A DNA stretch of 34,693 bases, taken from Candidatus Kapaibacterium sp. (GTDB taxonomy: Bacteria; Bacteroidota; Ignavibacteria; Kapaibacteriales; Kapaibacteriaceae). Positions 18,304 through 27,793 of the stretch are shown here, piece by piece. Below the pieces are notes generated by a model. That model was given only the letters and a program-made list of their open reading frames with translations. It ran no database searches and was not told the DNA's origin. The stretch spans positions 1 to 34,693 of the forward strand of contig JALOMA010000007.1 of assembly GCA_025455735.1 (NCBI GenBank), written 5' to 3'. Position numbers and translations under genes: made by a program. Position 1 is the first letter of the stretch, and each line of letters begins with the position of its first letter.

Positions 18304-19590
18304 ATGAGAAACGATATTGAACTGCCGGAGTTGTCCCTTGCGGACTATTCCTACGACTTACCAGATGACCGTATTGCTACACACCCTCTGCCCGAAAGGG
18401 ATGCGAGCAGACTTCTTGTGGCTGACATTTCAGCGGGCACAATTACCCATGATACGTTCCGGAATCTTGCCGATCTGCTTCCCGAACAGTCGCTGTTGGT
18501 GGTAAACCGGACGCGGGTTATCGCTGCCCGAGTCCACATGAGGAAACCAACGGGTGGTATCGTTGAAATGCTGCTGACGTCTCCAGTGGCCCCAATGACG
18601 GATCCTGCGCATGCTCTTGCCTCGAGCAAGCCTTCAACGTGGCAATGTTTGCTCCGTGGACGCAACATTGGCCCCGGCGTCGTGTTGCGTCACGATGGCG
18701 TTTCACTGGCCGCTACGGTACTGGCCCGCAATGGCACGGAAGCCCATGTGGCCCTGCATTGGAACGATGATCTGTCTTTGGCGGAAATCCTCGATCGCGC
18801 AGGAACCTTGCCTCTGCCGCCGTATCTCCATCGCGAGGCCGAAGAGGACGACTACGAGCGATATCAGACGGTATATGCCACGGAGAGTGGATCGGTAGCT
18901 GCTCCCACGGCGGGCCTGCACTTTACGGATCGCGTGCTGGCAGATTGTTCGGCGCGTGGCATTGACCGCGCAGAGGTTACGCTCCATGTAGGCCTTGGCA
19001 CCTTTCAGCCTGTCACGGCCGTCGATGCTCGGGATCATACCATGCACGTGGAGCGCATTAGTATCGACCGCGCTACGCTGACGCAACTGGTGGCCCACGC
19101 CTCCTCCGCCATGCCAATCATTACGGCCGTCGGTACAACGTCCCTACGAACCTTGGAAAGCTTGTGCGCTTTCGGCTCGCGCCTTGTGCTGCAGCGGATG
19201 CGGGGTACTCCCTGGCCGTCGACGGTATACGTAGAGCAATGGGAAGCGTTTGACCCAGAGGCCACGGCCGTTGGTCGCTTGGAGGCATTGACTGCCGTCA
19301 TGGAGTGGATGGATGAACAGTCGGTTGACGTTCTTTGGGGCGATACGGCCATCATGCTTGCACCAGGAGCGACGCTTCGTGCCGCCGATGCACTCATCAC
19401 CAACTTCCACCAGCCGGGTAATACCCTCATGCTGTTGATTGCCGCTTGGTGCGGGCCTTTGTGGAAGACCGTCTATAGAGAAGCCTTGGACCAAGGCTAT
19501 CGGTTCCTGTCCTATGGAGACTCCAGCTTGCTCCGCCGCACGGCTCCAGACGCTATCAGTGATTCTGTGCCAGGAAGGCGTTCCCGATAG
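18304..19590 (+). CDS. queA: S-adenosylmethionine:tRNA ribosyltransferase-isomerase
   Basis: I trimmed the start to ATG 18304, giving 'MRNDIELPELSLADYSYDLPDDRIATHPL', which aligns with QueA N-termini. Other motifs are 'YQTVYA...GSVAAPTAGLHF', 'TNFHQP' and 'YRFLSYGD'. The non-conserved C-terminal tail overlaps the ybbR-like gene on the other strand. Confidence 0.9.
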   Translation: MRNDIELPELSLADYSYDLPDDRIATHPLPERDASRLLVADISAGTITHDTFRNLADLLPEQSLLVVNRTRVIAARVHMRKPTGGIVEMLLTSPVAPMTDPAHALASSKPSTWQCLLRGRNIGPGVVLRHDGVSLAATVLARNGTEAHVALHWNDDLSLAEILDRAGTLPLPPYLHREAEEDDYERYQTVYATESGSVAAPTAGLHFTDRVLADCSARGIDRAEVTLHVGLGTFQPVTAVDARDHTMHVERISIDRATLTQLVAHASSAMPIITAVGTTSLRTLESLCAFGSRLVLQRMRGTPWPSTVYVEQWEAFDPEATAVGRLEALTAVMEWMDEQSVDVLWGDTAIMLAPGATLRAADALITNFHQPGNTLMLLIAAWCGPLWKTVYREALDQGYRFLSYGDSSLLRRTAPDAISDSVPGRRSR

Positions 19591-20510
19591 GCAACGATCA
19601 TGGGTACTGTGCCTGCAATGGTGATACCCACAGGCCCAACCACTCGAACACGGGCGAACCCTGTTGAGGCTGCCAATGTATGGTCGATGGTTGCCGTAAA
19701 CATCGTCCTGTCAAGGCGGGCAACGTCATTGACACCCCCTCTAACGATGATGCTCACGCGTTCAGGTCGCACGTGGGCCAATCGATTTCCCGACGGCTGA
19801 CGGACGGTAATTGGCACGTCGTCGATGCGACGGTCGGCCATTTGTTGAACGTCGGCACGCAAACGAACCGTTGATGGCACGACGTTCAGCAGCGTTGGCA
19901 GGGAATCGGCCATGGCAACAGATATGTCAATCACTTCGTGGGCGTCGGTGACGATCAGCCGTTGGGTTGGCCATGATGCGACGGAATCTACGCGCATCCT
20001 GGAGCCACGGACGTTGACCATGGAGGGAATAGCCTCCACACGCGTTACGACGAAGCCTGTGCGAGGCTCCAGCCTGTATCGCAGGGCAACAGGTACCCTC
20101 CGGACGCCCAAATCGCCAACCGCCAGGGTGAGAGCACCGGGATCCACGTCCAGCGTTTGTACTGCCTGTGGCAACAACGTCCCGCGAATGAGATCGTTCT
20201 TCGATACCTGATACAGCGCCCCTTCGCTCGGGCGTAGTTTGCTGAGGTCCAAGGTGCATCGAGCACCTCCAGGCAGCATGCGGAGGTTCAGAAGTCGCCA
20301 GCCGCTGCCACGCGCGCGTACGCTGATGCGCTCGGGAACTGTTGACAAGAGAGCCTGCTCCGGCGGCGCCAGGACAGTGAACGGTACGTCAACATAGTCC
20401 TCGTATGTACGCGTTAGCGAGACGTAGCCCCACAACAACACGGCAAGCGTAATGCTGACGGCTATTGCTCCGAGCGGTGTCCGTTGTGAAGCCATGAATG
20501 ATCGTTCCAA
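19512..20510 (-). CDS. YbbR-like domain protein (single N-terminal TM helix)
   Basis: The TM anchor is 'LGAIAVSITLAVLLWGYV'. It is followed by repeated YbbR-type modules (VP.TV...P..V.V...G....L). The start is Met 20510 or Met 20495, and both overlap the dnaG 3' end. Confidence 0.65.
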   Translation of the reverse strand: MERSFMASQRTPLGAIAVSITLAVLLWGYVSLTRTYEDYVDVPFTVLAPPEQALLSTVPERISVRARGSGWRLLNLRMLPGGARCTLDLSKLRPSEGALYQVSKNDLIRGTLLPQAVQTLDVDPGALTLAVGDLGVRRVPVALRYRLEPRTGFVVTRVEAIPSMVNVRGSRMRVDSVASWPTQRLIVTDAHEVIDISVAMADSLPTLLNVVPSTVRLRADVQQMADRRIDDVPITVRQPSGNRLAHVRPERVSIIVRGGVNDVARLDRTMFTATIDHTLAASTGFARVRVVGPVGITIAGTVPMIVAYRERLPGTESLIASGAVRRSKLESP

Positions 20511-22360
20511 TGGTCGGGCGATTTCTGGAGAAGCTCCTGCCGCAAGGCAATGAGTTGCGTAATACGGTACAATAGGCGGTTCCTGTTGTCAACATCCACT
20601 TCCTGTTCCGATGCGGTCATCAGTGCGTTGATGTCGGCCGTAAGATGCATTATTCGTAGGGCATTTAGTGCCTCCACGGCAGGGCGAAGATTGTCCCAAC
20701 GCGGAATCTCCACGTCAAAGTCCACCCACTTGGCACTCAGGACTGGCGATTGTTCCACGATCTGTACGAGGGCAAATCGTTCGTCGTCGGTAAGGTCTGG
20801 GTCGTTGATGAGGTAACTACCGAAGTCGTCATGCTCTTCGTAGGCGCGCAGCAAGGCCCGGAAGATGCGCCGCCCGATTTCCGTCACGAAGTGTTGTTCT
20901 TGCAGCCCGAACTGATTCAACAACAACGGCAGACCTTCCGCTCCCGACAGTCCAACGCGAAGGAGCATTTCTTCCGCTGCCTGTAACGTCTGTCGCTGTC
21001 TGGCTGGGGGCCGTGGCACCACGACGGTTTGCGTCGAGGTATCGGGGTTCTGGGCGTGGTGGGATCGCTGTTGGCGCGAACCGATGCCGGCAAGCTCGCG
21101 AAGGAGGACATCTTCGTTTAGGCGGAAACGGTCGGCAAGCTCTCGCACGAGAAATGGCCGTCGCAGGTGGTCGGGCACATTGGCTATCCACCCCAGCAAC
21201 ATCCGGACGGTCTGTGCTGTAGCTACGGGATCGTTGTCGACGTGCGATCGTTCTGCCTGCCATTGCAGCCATGGCTGGGCCTGGTCTATGGCGTTCTGTA
21301 GGGTGGCAGGGCCCCTTTCCCGAACAAGACTGTCGGGATCGGTTCCCTGCGGCAATGAGACGACGCGGACGTCCAGCCCCTCACCAAGAGCCAATTCGAT
21401 GGCACGCGACGTGGCCTTCTGTCCGGCAGCATCGGCGTCGTAGAGGATGACGATGACGTCAGCATGGCGATGCAGCAAGGCGAGCTGTTCCGTCGTTATC
21501 GAGGTTCCACTGCTGGCAACAACATTGGTGAAACCATGCTGGTGAAGCATGACAACGTCCGCCTGGCCTTCCACAAGCAAGGCCAATCGGTTGGCACGAA
21601 TGGAACGTTTGGCCTTGTCCAGGCCGAACAGGACGCGTCTTTTGTCGAAGACCAGACTTTGTGGCGAATTGATGTACTTGGGCTGTCCAGGTTCATCAGC
21701 AAGGATGCGTGCAGAAAAGCCAACAACGCGGCCGGCATCGTCGGCAATGGTAAAGACGGCGCGGTCGCGGAAACGGTCATACATGCGGCCATCTTCGCGG
21801 ACGACGACGAGGCCAGCATCGACAAGGTGTTCGTCGGTAAACCCAGAGGCCTTGAGGTGCAGGCGAATGTTGTCCCATCCTGGTGCTGCAGCACCGATGC
21901 GGAATTCGCTGATGATGGCTTGCGAGAACCCTCGTTGGGAAAGGAACATAGCGGCACGAGCGCCGTCGGGGCCTTGCAGGACATCATGAAAGTAGTCGGC
22001 AGCGGCGGAAAGTGCCTTGAGGGCACCATCACGGCGAGCATGGAGACCGTCGGAGTCATCGGCTTCATCTTCCGGGATGACGATTCCAAGCCGCTGGGCA
22101 AGTGCTCGAACGGTATCTACGAATCCAAGATGTTGGTGCTCGGAGATAAACGTAATTACGTTGCCAGCTTTACCGCATCCAAAACACTTAAAAATACCGC
22201 GTTCAGGATTGACGTTGAATGACGGGGTTTTCTCCGTGTGAAAAGGGCAAAGGCCAAGATAGTTGTGGCCTGCCTTTTTAAGCCGCACATGCTCACCGAT
22301 GATTTCGACGATATCGGCCTGAGACCTCACCTGGTCGATGATATGATCGGGGATTCTCAT
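20462..22360 (-). CDS. dnaG: DNA primase
   Basis: I trimmed the start to ATG 22360 ('MRIPDHIIDQVRSQADIVEIIGEHV'). That ATG overlaps the folK TGA (ATGA). The zinc-finger motif is 'CPFHTEKTPSFNV...CFGCG' and the TOPRIM motif is 'LLVEGQADV'. Confidence 0.92.
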   Translation of the reverse strand: MRIPDHIIDQVRSQADIVEIIGEHVRLKKAGHNYLGLCPFHTEKTPSFNVNPERGIFKCFGCGKAGNVITFISEHQHLGFVDTVRALAQRLGIVIPEDEADDSDGLHARRDGALKALSAAADYFHDVLQGPDGARAAMFLSQRGFSQAIISEFRIGAAAPGWDNIRLHLKASGFTDEHLVDAGLVVVREDGRMYDRFRDRAVFTIADDAGRVVGFSARILADEPGQPKYINSPQSLVFDKRRVLFGLDKAKRSIRANRLALLVEGQADVVMLHQHGFTNVVASSGTSITTEQLALLHRHADVIVILYDADAAGQKATSRAIELALGEGLDVRVVSLPQGTDPDSLVRERGPATLQNAIDQAQPWLQWQAERSHVDNDPVATAQTVRMLLGWIANVPDHLRRPFLVRELADRFRLNEDVLLRELAGIGSRQQRSHHAQNPDTSTQTVVVPRPPARQRQTLQAAEEMLLRVGLSGAEGLPLLLNQFGLQEQHFVTEIGRRIFRALLRAYEEHDDFGSYLINDPDLTDDERFALVQIVEQSPVLSAKWVDFDVEIPRWDNLRPAVEALNALRIMHLTADINALMTASEQEVDVDNRNRLLYRITQLIALRQELLQKSPDHWNDHSWLHNGHRSEQ

Positions 22361-22863
22361 ACGGTAAGCGGGCCCAGAGATGCTACGGCAGACGTATCCC
22401 CGCATATCCGGCAGAGTTCACGTATGCTGGCCTGGAGAAGCGGGTGACGCGCCTCGGGAGCTATGTCGCAGGCAGGAACGAGGACGAATCGCCGCTCATG
22501 CATACGGGGATGTGGGATTTCGACCTGCTGGCTGGAGAAAACAACGTCGCCAAGCAAGATCACATCAACGTCGATCTCGCGTTCATGCCATCGTTGACGA
22601 TGCTGGCGCCCGAGGCGTTGTTCCAGGGTTTTGACGTAGGCCACGGCCTCTGCAGGGCCAAGGGTCGTATCCCCAGCAAGGCAACAGTTCAGGAAGTCTG
22701 GCTGGTCACGTATGCCCACCGGAGCCGTGCTGTAGACGTCACTAACGATGATGGACCGAATTGCGCCGTCATGGTGCATGGCCTCGATGGCCGCAGCGAG
22801 GCGATGTGACCGAGGTTCGATGTTGGATCCCAACGACAGGATGATGCGCCGTTCAGGAGTCAT
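22357..22863 (-). CDS. folK: 2-amino-4-hydroxy-6-hydroxymethyldihydropteridine diphosphokinase (HPPK)
   Basis: 168 aa with 'IILSLGSNI', 'WHEREIDVDVILLGD' and 'HPRMHERRFVLVP'. It overlaps the folB 3' end by 11 nt. Confidence 0.9.
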   Translation of the reverse strand: MTPERRIILSLGSNIEPRSHRLAAAIEAMHHDGAIRSIIVSDVYSTAPVGIRDQPDFLNCCLAGDTTLGPAEAVAYVKTLEQRLGRQHRQRWHEREIDVDVILLGDVVFSSQQVEIPHPRMHERRFVLVPACDIAPEARHPLLQASIRELCRICGDTSAVASLGPLTV

Positions 22864-23242
22864 CGCGGGAGGCCGTCACTTCGGCTTCCACATGGCCCAG
22901 GATCTGCTGTACGGGGACGTTCAGCTTGCGTACGCGAACCGTGACCCGACGTGCCGCATTGAAGCGGTCCAGCAAAGCCGTGGCAAGATCGTACGACAAT
23001 GTCTCGATCAGTTCATAGGGTTGTTCGCCATTCATGTGTTCACCAACGATGAAGAGCACTTCTTCGTAGTTGATGGTGTCGTTAATGTTGTCGCTAACCA
23101 CAGCCGTGGTTGCATTGAAGAACAAATCCACGTCCACCTGATAGCGTCCACCAAGTGTACGTTCTTCCGATCGTACGCCGTGGTAAGCGAAATACTCTGC
23201 GTCGCGGACGCTGATGCGGGTCAGTGATTCGGAGCGGGCCAT
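22853..23242 (-). CDS. folB: Dihydroneopterin aldolase
   Basis: 129 aa, T-fold, with 'FAYHGVRSEERTLGGRYQVDVDL' and 'INYEEV'. Confidence 0.88.
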   Translation of the reverse strand: MARSESLTRISVRDAEYFAYHGVRSEERTLGGRYQVDVDLFFNATTAVVSDNINDTINYEEVLFIVGEHMNGEQPYELIETLSYDLATALLDRFNAARRVTVRVRKLNVPVQQILGHVEAEVTASRDDS

Positions 23243-23295
23243 GATATTCTCGGTTGGTTTTCGGTTTTGTGGACGGCCAAACTACGGACTCGGCG

Positions 23296-23303
23296 TATTT
23301 TTG
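23296..23303 (+). promoter_or_regulatory. Candidate -7 promoter box TATTTTTG upstream of ferritin
   Basis: This is an exact TAnnTTTG match, 43 nt upstream of ATG 23347, in the folB/ferritin divergent region. Confidence 0.3.
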
Positions 23304-23346
23304 CACGCAGGATCGAACGGCCAGAACCACAAAACAGGACGCTATC

Positions 23347-23859
23347 ATGACATCCGCCCTCGCGACAGCAATCAACGAGCAGATTCGTGCCGAATTTCAG
23401 AGTGCTTATCTCTACCTTGCCATGTCGGCATGGTGTGCTGAGAACAATCTTCCTGGTGTGGCACATTGGCTGCGTATGCAATGGCAAGAAGAGACACTTC
23501 ACGCCGTAAAGTTCATCGATTTCCTGCACGACCGTGGCGCTGGAGTGCATTTGCTTGCACTTGAGGAGCCTATTCGTACCTACCGCGATGCAGCTGATGT
23601 GTTCGAGCATGTGCGCCAGCATGAGCAGAGTATTACGGCCCGTATCAACGTGCTATACGATGCAGCGGTAGAACATCGGGATAGGCCGCTCGAAATTCTT
23701 CTGCAGTGGTTTGTGAACGAACAAGTAGAAGAGGAGGCGCAGGTGAACAGTATTATTGACCAGCTCAAGCTGATCGGGAATGACGGTCCTAGCATTTATC
23801 TCATCGACCGTCATCTTGCCACGCGCCCTGCCCCGGTAGCCGAGCCTGCGAAAGGATAA
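23347..23859 (+). CDS. ftn: Non-heme ferritin
   Basis: I trimmed the start to ATG 23347, giving 'MTSALATAINEQIRAEFQSAYLYLAMSAW', a typical ferritin N-terminus with ferroxidase-centre residues. 'EETLHAVKF' and 'QWFVNEQVEEE' are also present. Confidence 0.9.
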   Translation: MTSALATAINEQIRAEFQSAYLYLAMSAWCAENNLPGVAHWLRMQWQEETLHAVKFIDFLHDRGAGVHLLALEEPIRTYRDAADVFEHVRQHEQSITARINVLYDAAVEHRDRPLEILLQWFVNEQVEEEAQVNSIIDQLKLIGNDGPSIYLIDRHLATRPAPVAEPAKG

Positions 23860-23865
23860 GCGTCT

Positions 23866-24882
23866 ATGTTTGAGCTTACGCGTTCACGGGCGCGGCATCT
23901 TCTGGAGTACGTTCGTGGTGCCGAGGTTGCCGTGGTTGGCGACGTCATGCTGGACCGATATTTCTGGGGGACTGTCAACCGTGTGTCGCCAGAAGCGCCA
24001 GTACCTGTCGTCGACGTCGAGAACGAAACATTCCACCTCGGTGGAGCCGCCAACGTGGCGGCCAATTTGGCGTCTCTTGGCGCCAAACCACTCCTATGCG
24101 GCATCGTTGGCGACGATGCGTCTGGTAGGCTGTTGCGACAAATCGCTCAGGACGAAGGCTTGACGTCGGAAGGGATCATCACCGACGCAACGAGGCCAAC
24201 CACGGTGAAGACGCGCGTGATAGGCAACAACCAGCAGATCGTGCGGTTGGATCGTGAGGATCGGTCCAACGTGGCCGCCGATGTGGCCCAGCGTGTTCTT
24301 GCGTTGTTATCAAACAGGCCGCAGTTGAAGGCCATCATTCTCGAGGACTACAACAAAGGTTTGCTTTCGGTTCATTGCATTACGGCAATCATCGCTCTGG
24401 CCCGCCAGGCAGGAATTCCCGTTTTTGTTGATCCCAAGAAGGTGAACTTTTTTGCTTTTCGTGATGCATATCTCGTAAAGCCCAACAGGAAGGAGGCCGA
24501 AGAGGCCCTTGGCCGTCCTCTCCGATCGATACGTGACATTGAAGACGCCGGGCATGACCTGCGCGCGAGTTTGGGAGCAGAGAACGTTCTCATTACACTT
24601 GGCGCTGAAGGCATGATGCTGGTGGAGTCCGACGGAACAGTGAGCACCGTTCCTACGGTTGCTCATCGGGTGGCTGACGTATCAGGTGCAGGGGACACGG
24701 TGATCGCTACGATTGCTGCCATGGTTGCTGCTGGCGCGCCGTTGCGCGAAGCTGCCGCACTGGCCAACGTGAGCGCCGGTGTGGTTGTAGCCGAGCCTGG
24801 TATCGTTAGTATTACCCCAGCTGCGTTGCTGCAGGCCATCCCTGACAGCGGAATGGTGGCCGAGCCCCTTGTCGAGAGATAG
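23866..24882 (+). CDS. rfaE1: D-glycero-beta-D-manno-heptose-7-phosphate kinase (RfaE domain I, PfkB family)
   Basis: 338 aa with '[12 protein letters not shown]', '[10 protein letters not shown]' and the PfkB signature 'DVSGAGDTV'. Confidence 0.88.
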   Translation: MFELTRSRARHLLEYVRGAEVAVVGDVMLDRYFWGTVNRVSPEAPVPVVDVENETFHLGGAANVAANLASLGAKPLLCGIVGDDASGRLLRQIAQDEGLTSEGIITDATRPTTVKTRVIGNNQQIVRLDREDRSNVAADVAQRVLALLSNRPQLKAIILEDYNKGLLSVHCITAIIALARQAGIPVFVDPKKVNFFAFRDAYLVKPNRKEAEEALGRPLRSIRDIEDAGHDLRASLGAENVLITLGAEGMMLVESDGTVSTVPTVAHRVADVSGAGDTVIATIAAMVAAGAPLREAAALANVSAGVVVAEPGIVSITPAALLQAIPDSGMVAEPLVER

Positions 24883-24884
24883 GT

Positions 24885-25355
24885 ATGAAAAGTCTTCAAG
24901 ACGTGATTCTTTGGCGCAACCAGTTGCGCGACATTGGGAAGACCGTGGTCTTCACGAACGGATGTTTTGACGTTCTCCATGCAGGTCACGTAACGTACCT
25001 GACAGCAGCGAGGCAACTAGGAGACGTTCTCGTCGTCGGCCTGAATAGTGATGAGAGTGTCCGTAGGCTCAAAGGGCCACAGCGTCCCGTGAATGGAGTC
25101 GAGGACCGTGCTGTGGTGTTGGAAGCCTTGCGTTGTGTGGATGCCGTGGTTGTTTTCGAAGATGACACACCATTAACGCTTATCACAGCACTGCTGCCTG
25201 ACGTGCTGGTGAAGGGTGGCGACTATACGCGGGAGACGATTGTTGGCGCGGAAGTAGTTGAAGCCAGCGGAGGGCGCATCCAGACGATACCGCTATTGCC
25301 GGGGCGGTCAACGACGGCGATTCTTGCAAAGGGTGGAAGCCAAGCAGGTTGCTGA
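24885..25355 (+). CDS. rfaE2: D-glycero-beta-D-manno-heptose-1-phosphate adenylyltransferase (RfaE domain II)
   Basis: 156 aa. The cytidylyltransferase HxGH motif is '[12 protein letters not shown]'. 'VVGLNSD.SV' is also present. It starts 2 nt after the rfaE1 stop. Confidence 0.9.
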   Translation: MKSLQDVILWRNQLRDIGKTVVFTNGCFDVLHAGHVTYLTAARQLGDVLVVGLNSDESVRRLKGPQRPVNGVEDRAVVLEALRCVDAVVVFEDDTPLTLITALLPDVLVKGGDYTRETIVGAEVVEASGGRIQTIPLLPGRSTTAILAKGGSQAGC

Positions 25356-25361
25356 GGGAGA

Positions 25362-26594
25362 TCAGTCGCGGGCGAACGGCTTAAACCAGACTTCGCCAAT
25401 GGAAAGCGTGACGAACATGCGCATGAAGAGGTCTTCCAGGCCTCCCGTAATACCGGAACGAAGGCCGCCCTGGATGGCAGCATCCACGGTAGCGGCACCA
25501 CCGAGAGGGAAGTCGAAGCCAGCCGACCCAAAGACCTCCGTGGTTTGCTGACCGTTTACACGGAAGTAGGACTGCTGAAAGCCAGCACCAGCATGTAAGC
25601 CAACACGATCGAAGAAGTCGGCACCGACTGTCGTAGAACCAGGGCGCGTAATGCCGACCGTGGTACGAAGTGCCGTACCGAGAGTAACGCCTTCGACGTT
25701 GTGGACTCGTACATTGGAGTAGTCTGCAAGCTCGACGTCTGCGGCCAATCGCGTCCGTCCAAGAGCATAGTTAAGGCCGAGACCGAACGTTACGGGCAGT
25801 CCTGATGACGACGTGCGCGTTGTAATGGTATCGAAGGATATAGCGCCTGGTCTGAAACCAGCTGCACGAAAACTTGAAACGACCGACCCATCGCCACCGG
25901 CGCTCATGACGGCTCCAACGGAAAGATCGTTGGTTGCTTTCCAGTACATACCAGCCCGGAAAAGCACACCGCGCACATCATAGCTAATGATCTGCGTCAT
26001 GGACAGGTTACCTTCGCCAGCGATGGTAACCTGATCCGTAAGCGTAATTGTACCAAAGAGGGGCTGAACGCTGGCACCAATGTACAGGGAGGGGTCCGGA
26101 CGCCATGAAGAACCCAGAACAATGGCGGATACGCCACCTTCACCAATTCGCGTACTGCGTCCGGTGACCGTTCTTCCGTCAACCACACGTTGCAGCGGCT
26201 GTTCTGCCAGATAGTTGACGGTCGAGTACGGAATAAGACCCAACGTTATGCCTACGCCAGCGGCCGTATCAACGGAGAACATGGCCATAAGCCCATCGAT
26301 TTCGCCGTTGTTTTGTGCCAGCGAGGCAGTACCGAGGGTGTTTTGGTGCTGGGAAAATCGATATCCCGTTTGAAGACGGGTGTAGGTTGACATACCCTGC
26401 AGGGCAGGGTTGACGATATTGATGCCATGATCAGATGGCAAGGCTATACTGGTGCCCGCCATGCCTTCGTAGAGCGCGCCCACGCTTCGCCGAACGTCAC
26501 CCATGCCATAGACGGAATAGAACGATCCCCCCTGACCAAGGGCCGTCGAGGTTGCCACCAGGAAGAGGGCCAAAAGGCCGAAAAGATTCGTCAT
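25362..26594 (-). CDS. Outer-membrane beta-barrel protein, FadL/PorV-like, function unknown
   Basis: The signal peptide is 'MTNLFGLLALFLVATSTALGQ'. The N-terminal segment 'YGMGDVRRSVGALYEGMAGTSIALPSD..NIVNPA' resembles the plug/first strand of FadL/TodX/PorV-type barrels. The protein is rich in alternating Gly/aromatic strands. Its ATG overlaps the TGA of the upstream lipoprotein gene. Confidence 0.6.
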   Translation of the reverse strand: MTNLFGLLALFLVATSTALGQGGSFYSVYGMGDVRRSVGALYEGMAGTSIALPSDHGINIVNPALQGMSTYTRLQTGYRFSQHQNTLGTASLAQNNGEIDGLMAMFSVDTAAGVGITLGLIPYSTVNYLAEQPLQRVVDGRTVTGRSTRIGEGGVSAIVLGSSWRPDPSLYIGASVQPLFGTITLTDQVTIAGEGNLSMTQIISYDVRGVLFRAGMYWKATNDLSVGAVMSAGGDGSVVSSFRAAGFRPGAISFDTITTRTSSSGLPVTFGLGLNYALGRTRLAADVELADYSNVRVHNVEGVTLGTALRTTVGITRPGSTTVGADFFDRVGLHAGAGFQQSYFRVNGQQTTEVFGSAGFDFPLGGAATVDAAIQGGLRSGITGGLEDLFMRMFVTLSIGEVWFKPFARD

Positions 26595-27793
26595 GGAAGC
26601 ACGTTCGGGACGGTGTAGACGATAGTAAGTTTGGGCCGAAGGGATGGATCGGCGGACAGAGGATGATATACCTGACGATTCATGCGCCAGAATTCGCGAA
26701 AGTCGTCGGGGGCCACACGGACGCGTCCGCGTTTGTTGGCCTGACGCAATAACAGCTGAAGTGGGGCCGCTAGATTACGAAGATCATATCGCTGGGTTGA
26801 TGCGTCGACGAACGATCGGTATTCATAGGTAATCGGTGACCCTTGGGGCACGATGGAGGCTCGAAGTACCTCATCCATACCGAGATTGCCAATGCGGGAC
26901 GCATCCTTAACATATGTTAGGCTGAGCGTAGCATCAAGGATAATCGCATTGGAAGGCAAGGACTGCAGGTTGACGTCGAAGGCGATTTTGTGACCTTGCG
27001 CACCCTGGGTGGTTGGGACATTGACTGCGGCCGTTGGCGAATGGACGAGGTTAAGAATCACGGACTCTACGAAGGTTGTGTCGTTGGCCGTAGAGTCTTT
27101 GTGTTTCGTGATTACCCTGAGCTTCATCACTTGTTGAGCCGACCGCGAGTTCCTGAACAAGCGAATTTGCCTGCCGGATGTAGGGAGCATAACCAGGCCA
27201 AACAGTTGCTTCTTGAGAGCTGAATCGACTCCCCACGTTAGATATCGTTTCGTAGCAGCAAGGTCGAAGGGTACGGGCACAACCGAGTCCTGTGCTGTCA
27301 AGGACTTGCTAAAGGAGGCAATAGGCGTTGATGTGGGGTTGTAGTAATCCGTTTGCCCCGTTGGCGCATAAATCGTATCCCATGTGGACGTAGGCGTCCA
27401 CAGACGCGTCAGTTCATGAACTGAAAACGCCATCGTATTGTCGGTGGTATCGCCGAACTTGTATGCATCGGGAATCATCAACAAGTCGGACGCGAGCACT
27501 TCATAGTCTTCGGGTCTTCCCAGGTTGGGATATCCTACGAACTCGATAAAAATGCGGGCGTCATCCACGTCGGTTTTTCCGAGGAGGAAGAACGTATTAT
27601 TGAACAGGCGGGGGCGTTCGAGGATCGTTACGACGGAGTCAAGGATGTGGGATGAATCTGCGGACGAAACGACGTACAGGGAGTCGGTTCCAGGAACCAG
27701 GCCATTCCCTATATCTGTGGCTTTGTCGTTGCAGGAAGTCAGGACGGTCCAAAGGATAACGATCAGGCAAGCGGGGACGGTGCGCAGGGTCAC
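26591..27793 (-). CDS. Lipoprotein, DUF4270-like (assigned mainly from context next to glgA)
   Basis: The lipoprotein signal is 'MTLRTVPACLIVILWTVLTSC' (lipobox LTSC). The GTG start overlaps the glgA TGA. A DUF4270 gene next to glycogen synthase is a recurrent Bacteroidota arrangement. I did not verify family membership. Confidence 0.5.
   Translation of the reverse strand: MTLRTVPACLIVILWTVLTSCNDKATDIGNGLVPGTDSLYVVSSADSSHILDSVVTILERPRLFNNTFFLLGKTDVDDARIFIEFVGYPNLGRPEDYEVLASDLLMIPDAYKFGDTTDNTMAFSVHELTRLWTPTSTWDTIYAPTGQTDYYNPTSTPIASFSKSLTAQDSVVPVPFDLAATKRYLTWGVDSALKKQLFGLVMLPTSGRQIRLFRNSRSAQQVMKLRVITKHKDSTANDTTFVESVILNLVHSPTAAVNVPTTQGAQGHKIAFDVNLQSLPSNAIILDATLSLTYVKDASRIGNLGMDEVLRASIVPQGSPITYEYRSFVDASTQRYDLRNLAAPLQLLLRQANKRGRVRVAPDDFREFWRMNRQVYHPLSADPSLRPKLTIVYTVPNVLP

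Noticed and set aside
23243-23346. A Fur box upstream of ferritin.
   Set aside because: I found no convincing match to the GATAATGATAATCATTATC-type palindrome. Only a short 'atgatattctc' fragment is present, which is insufficient.
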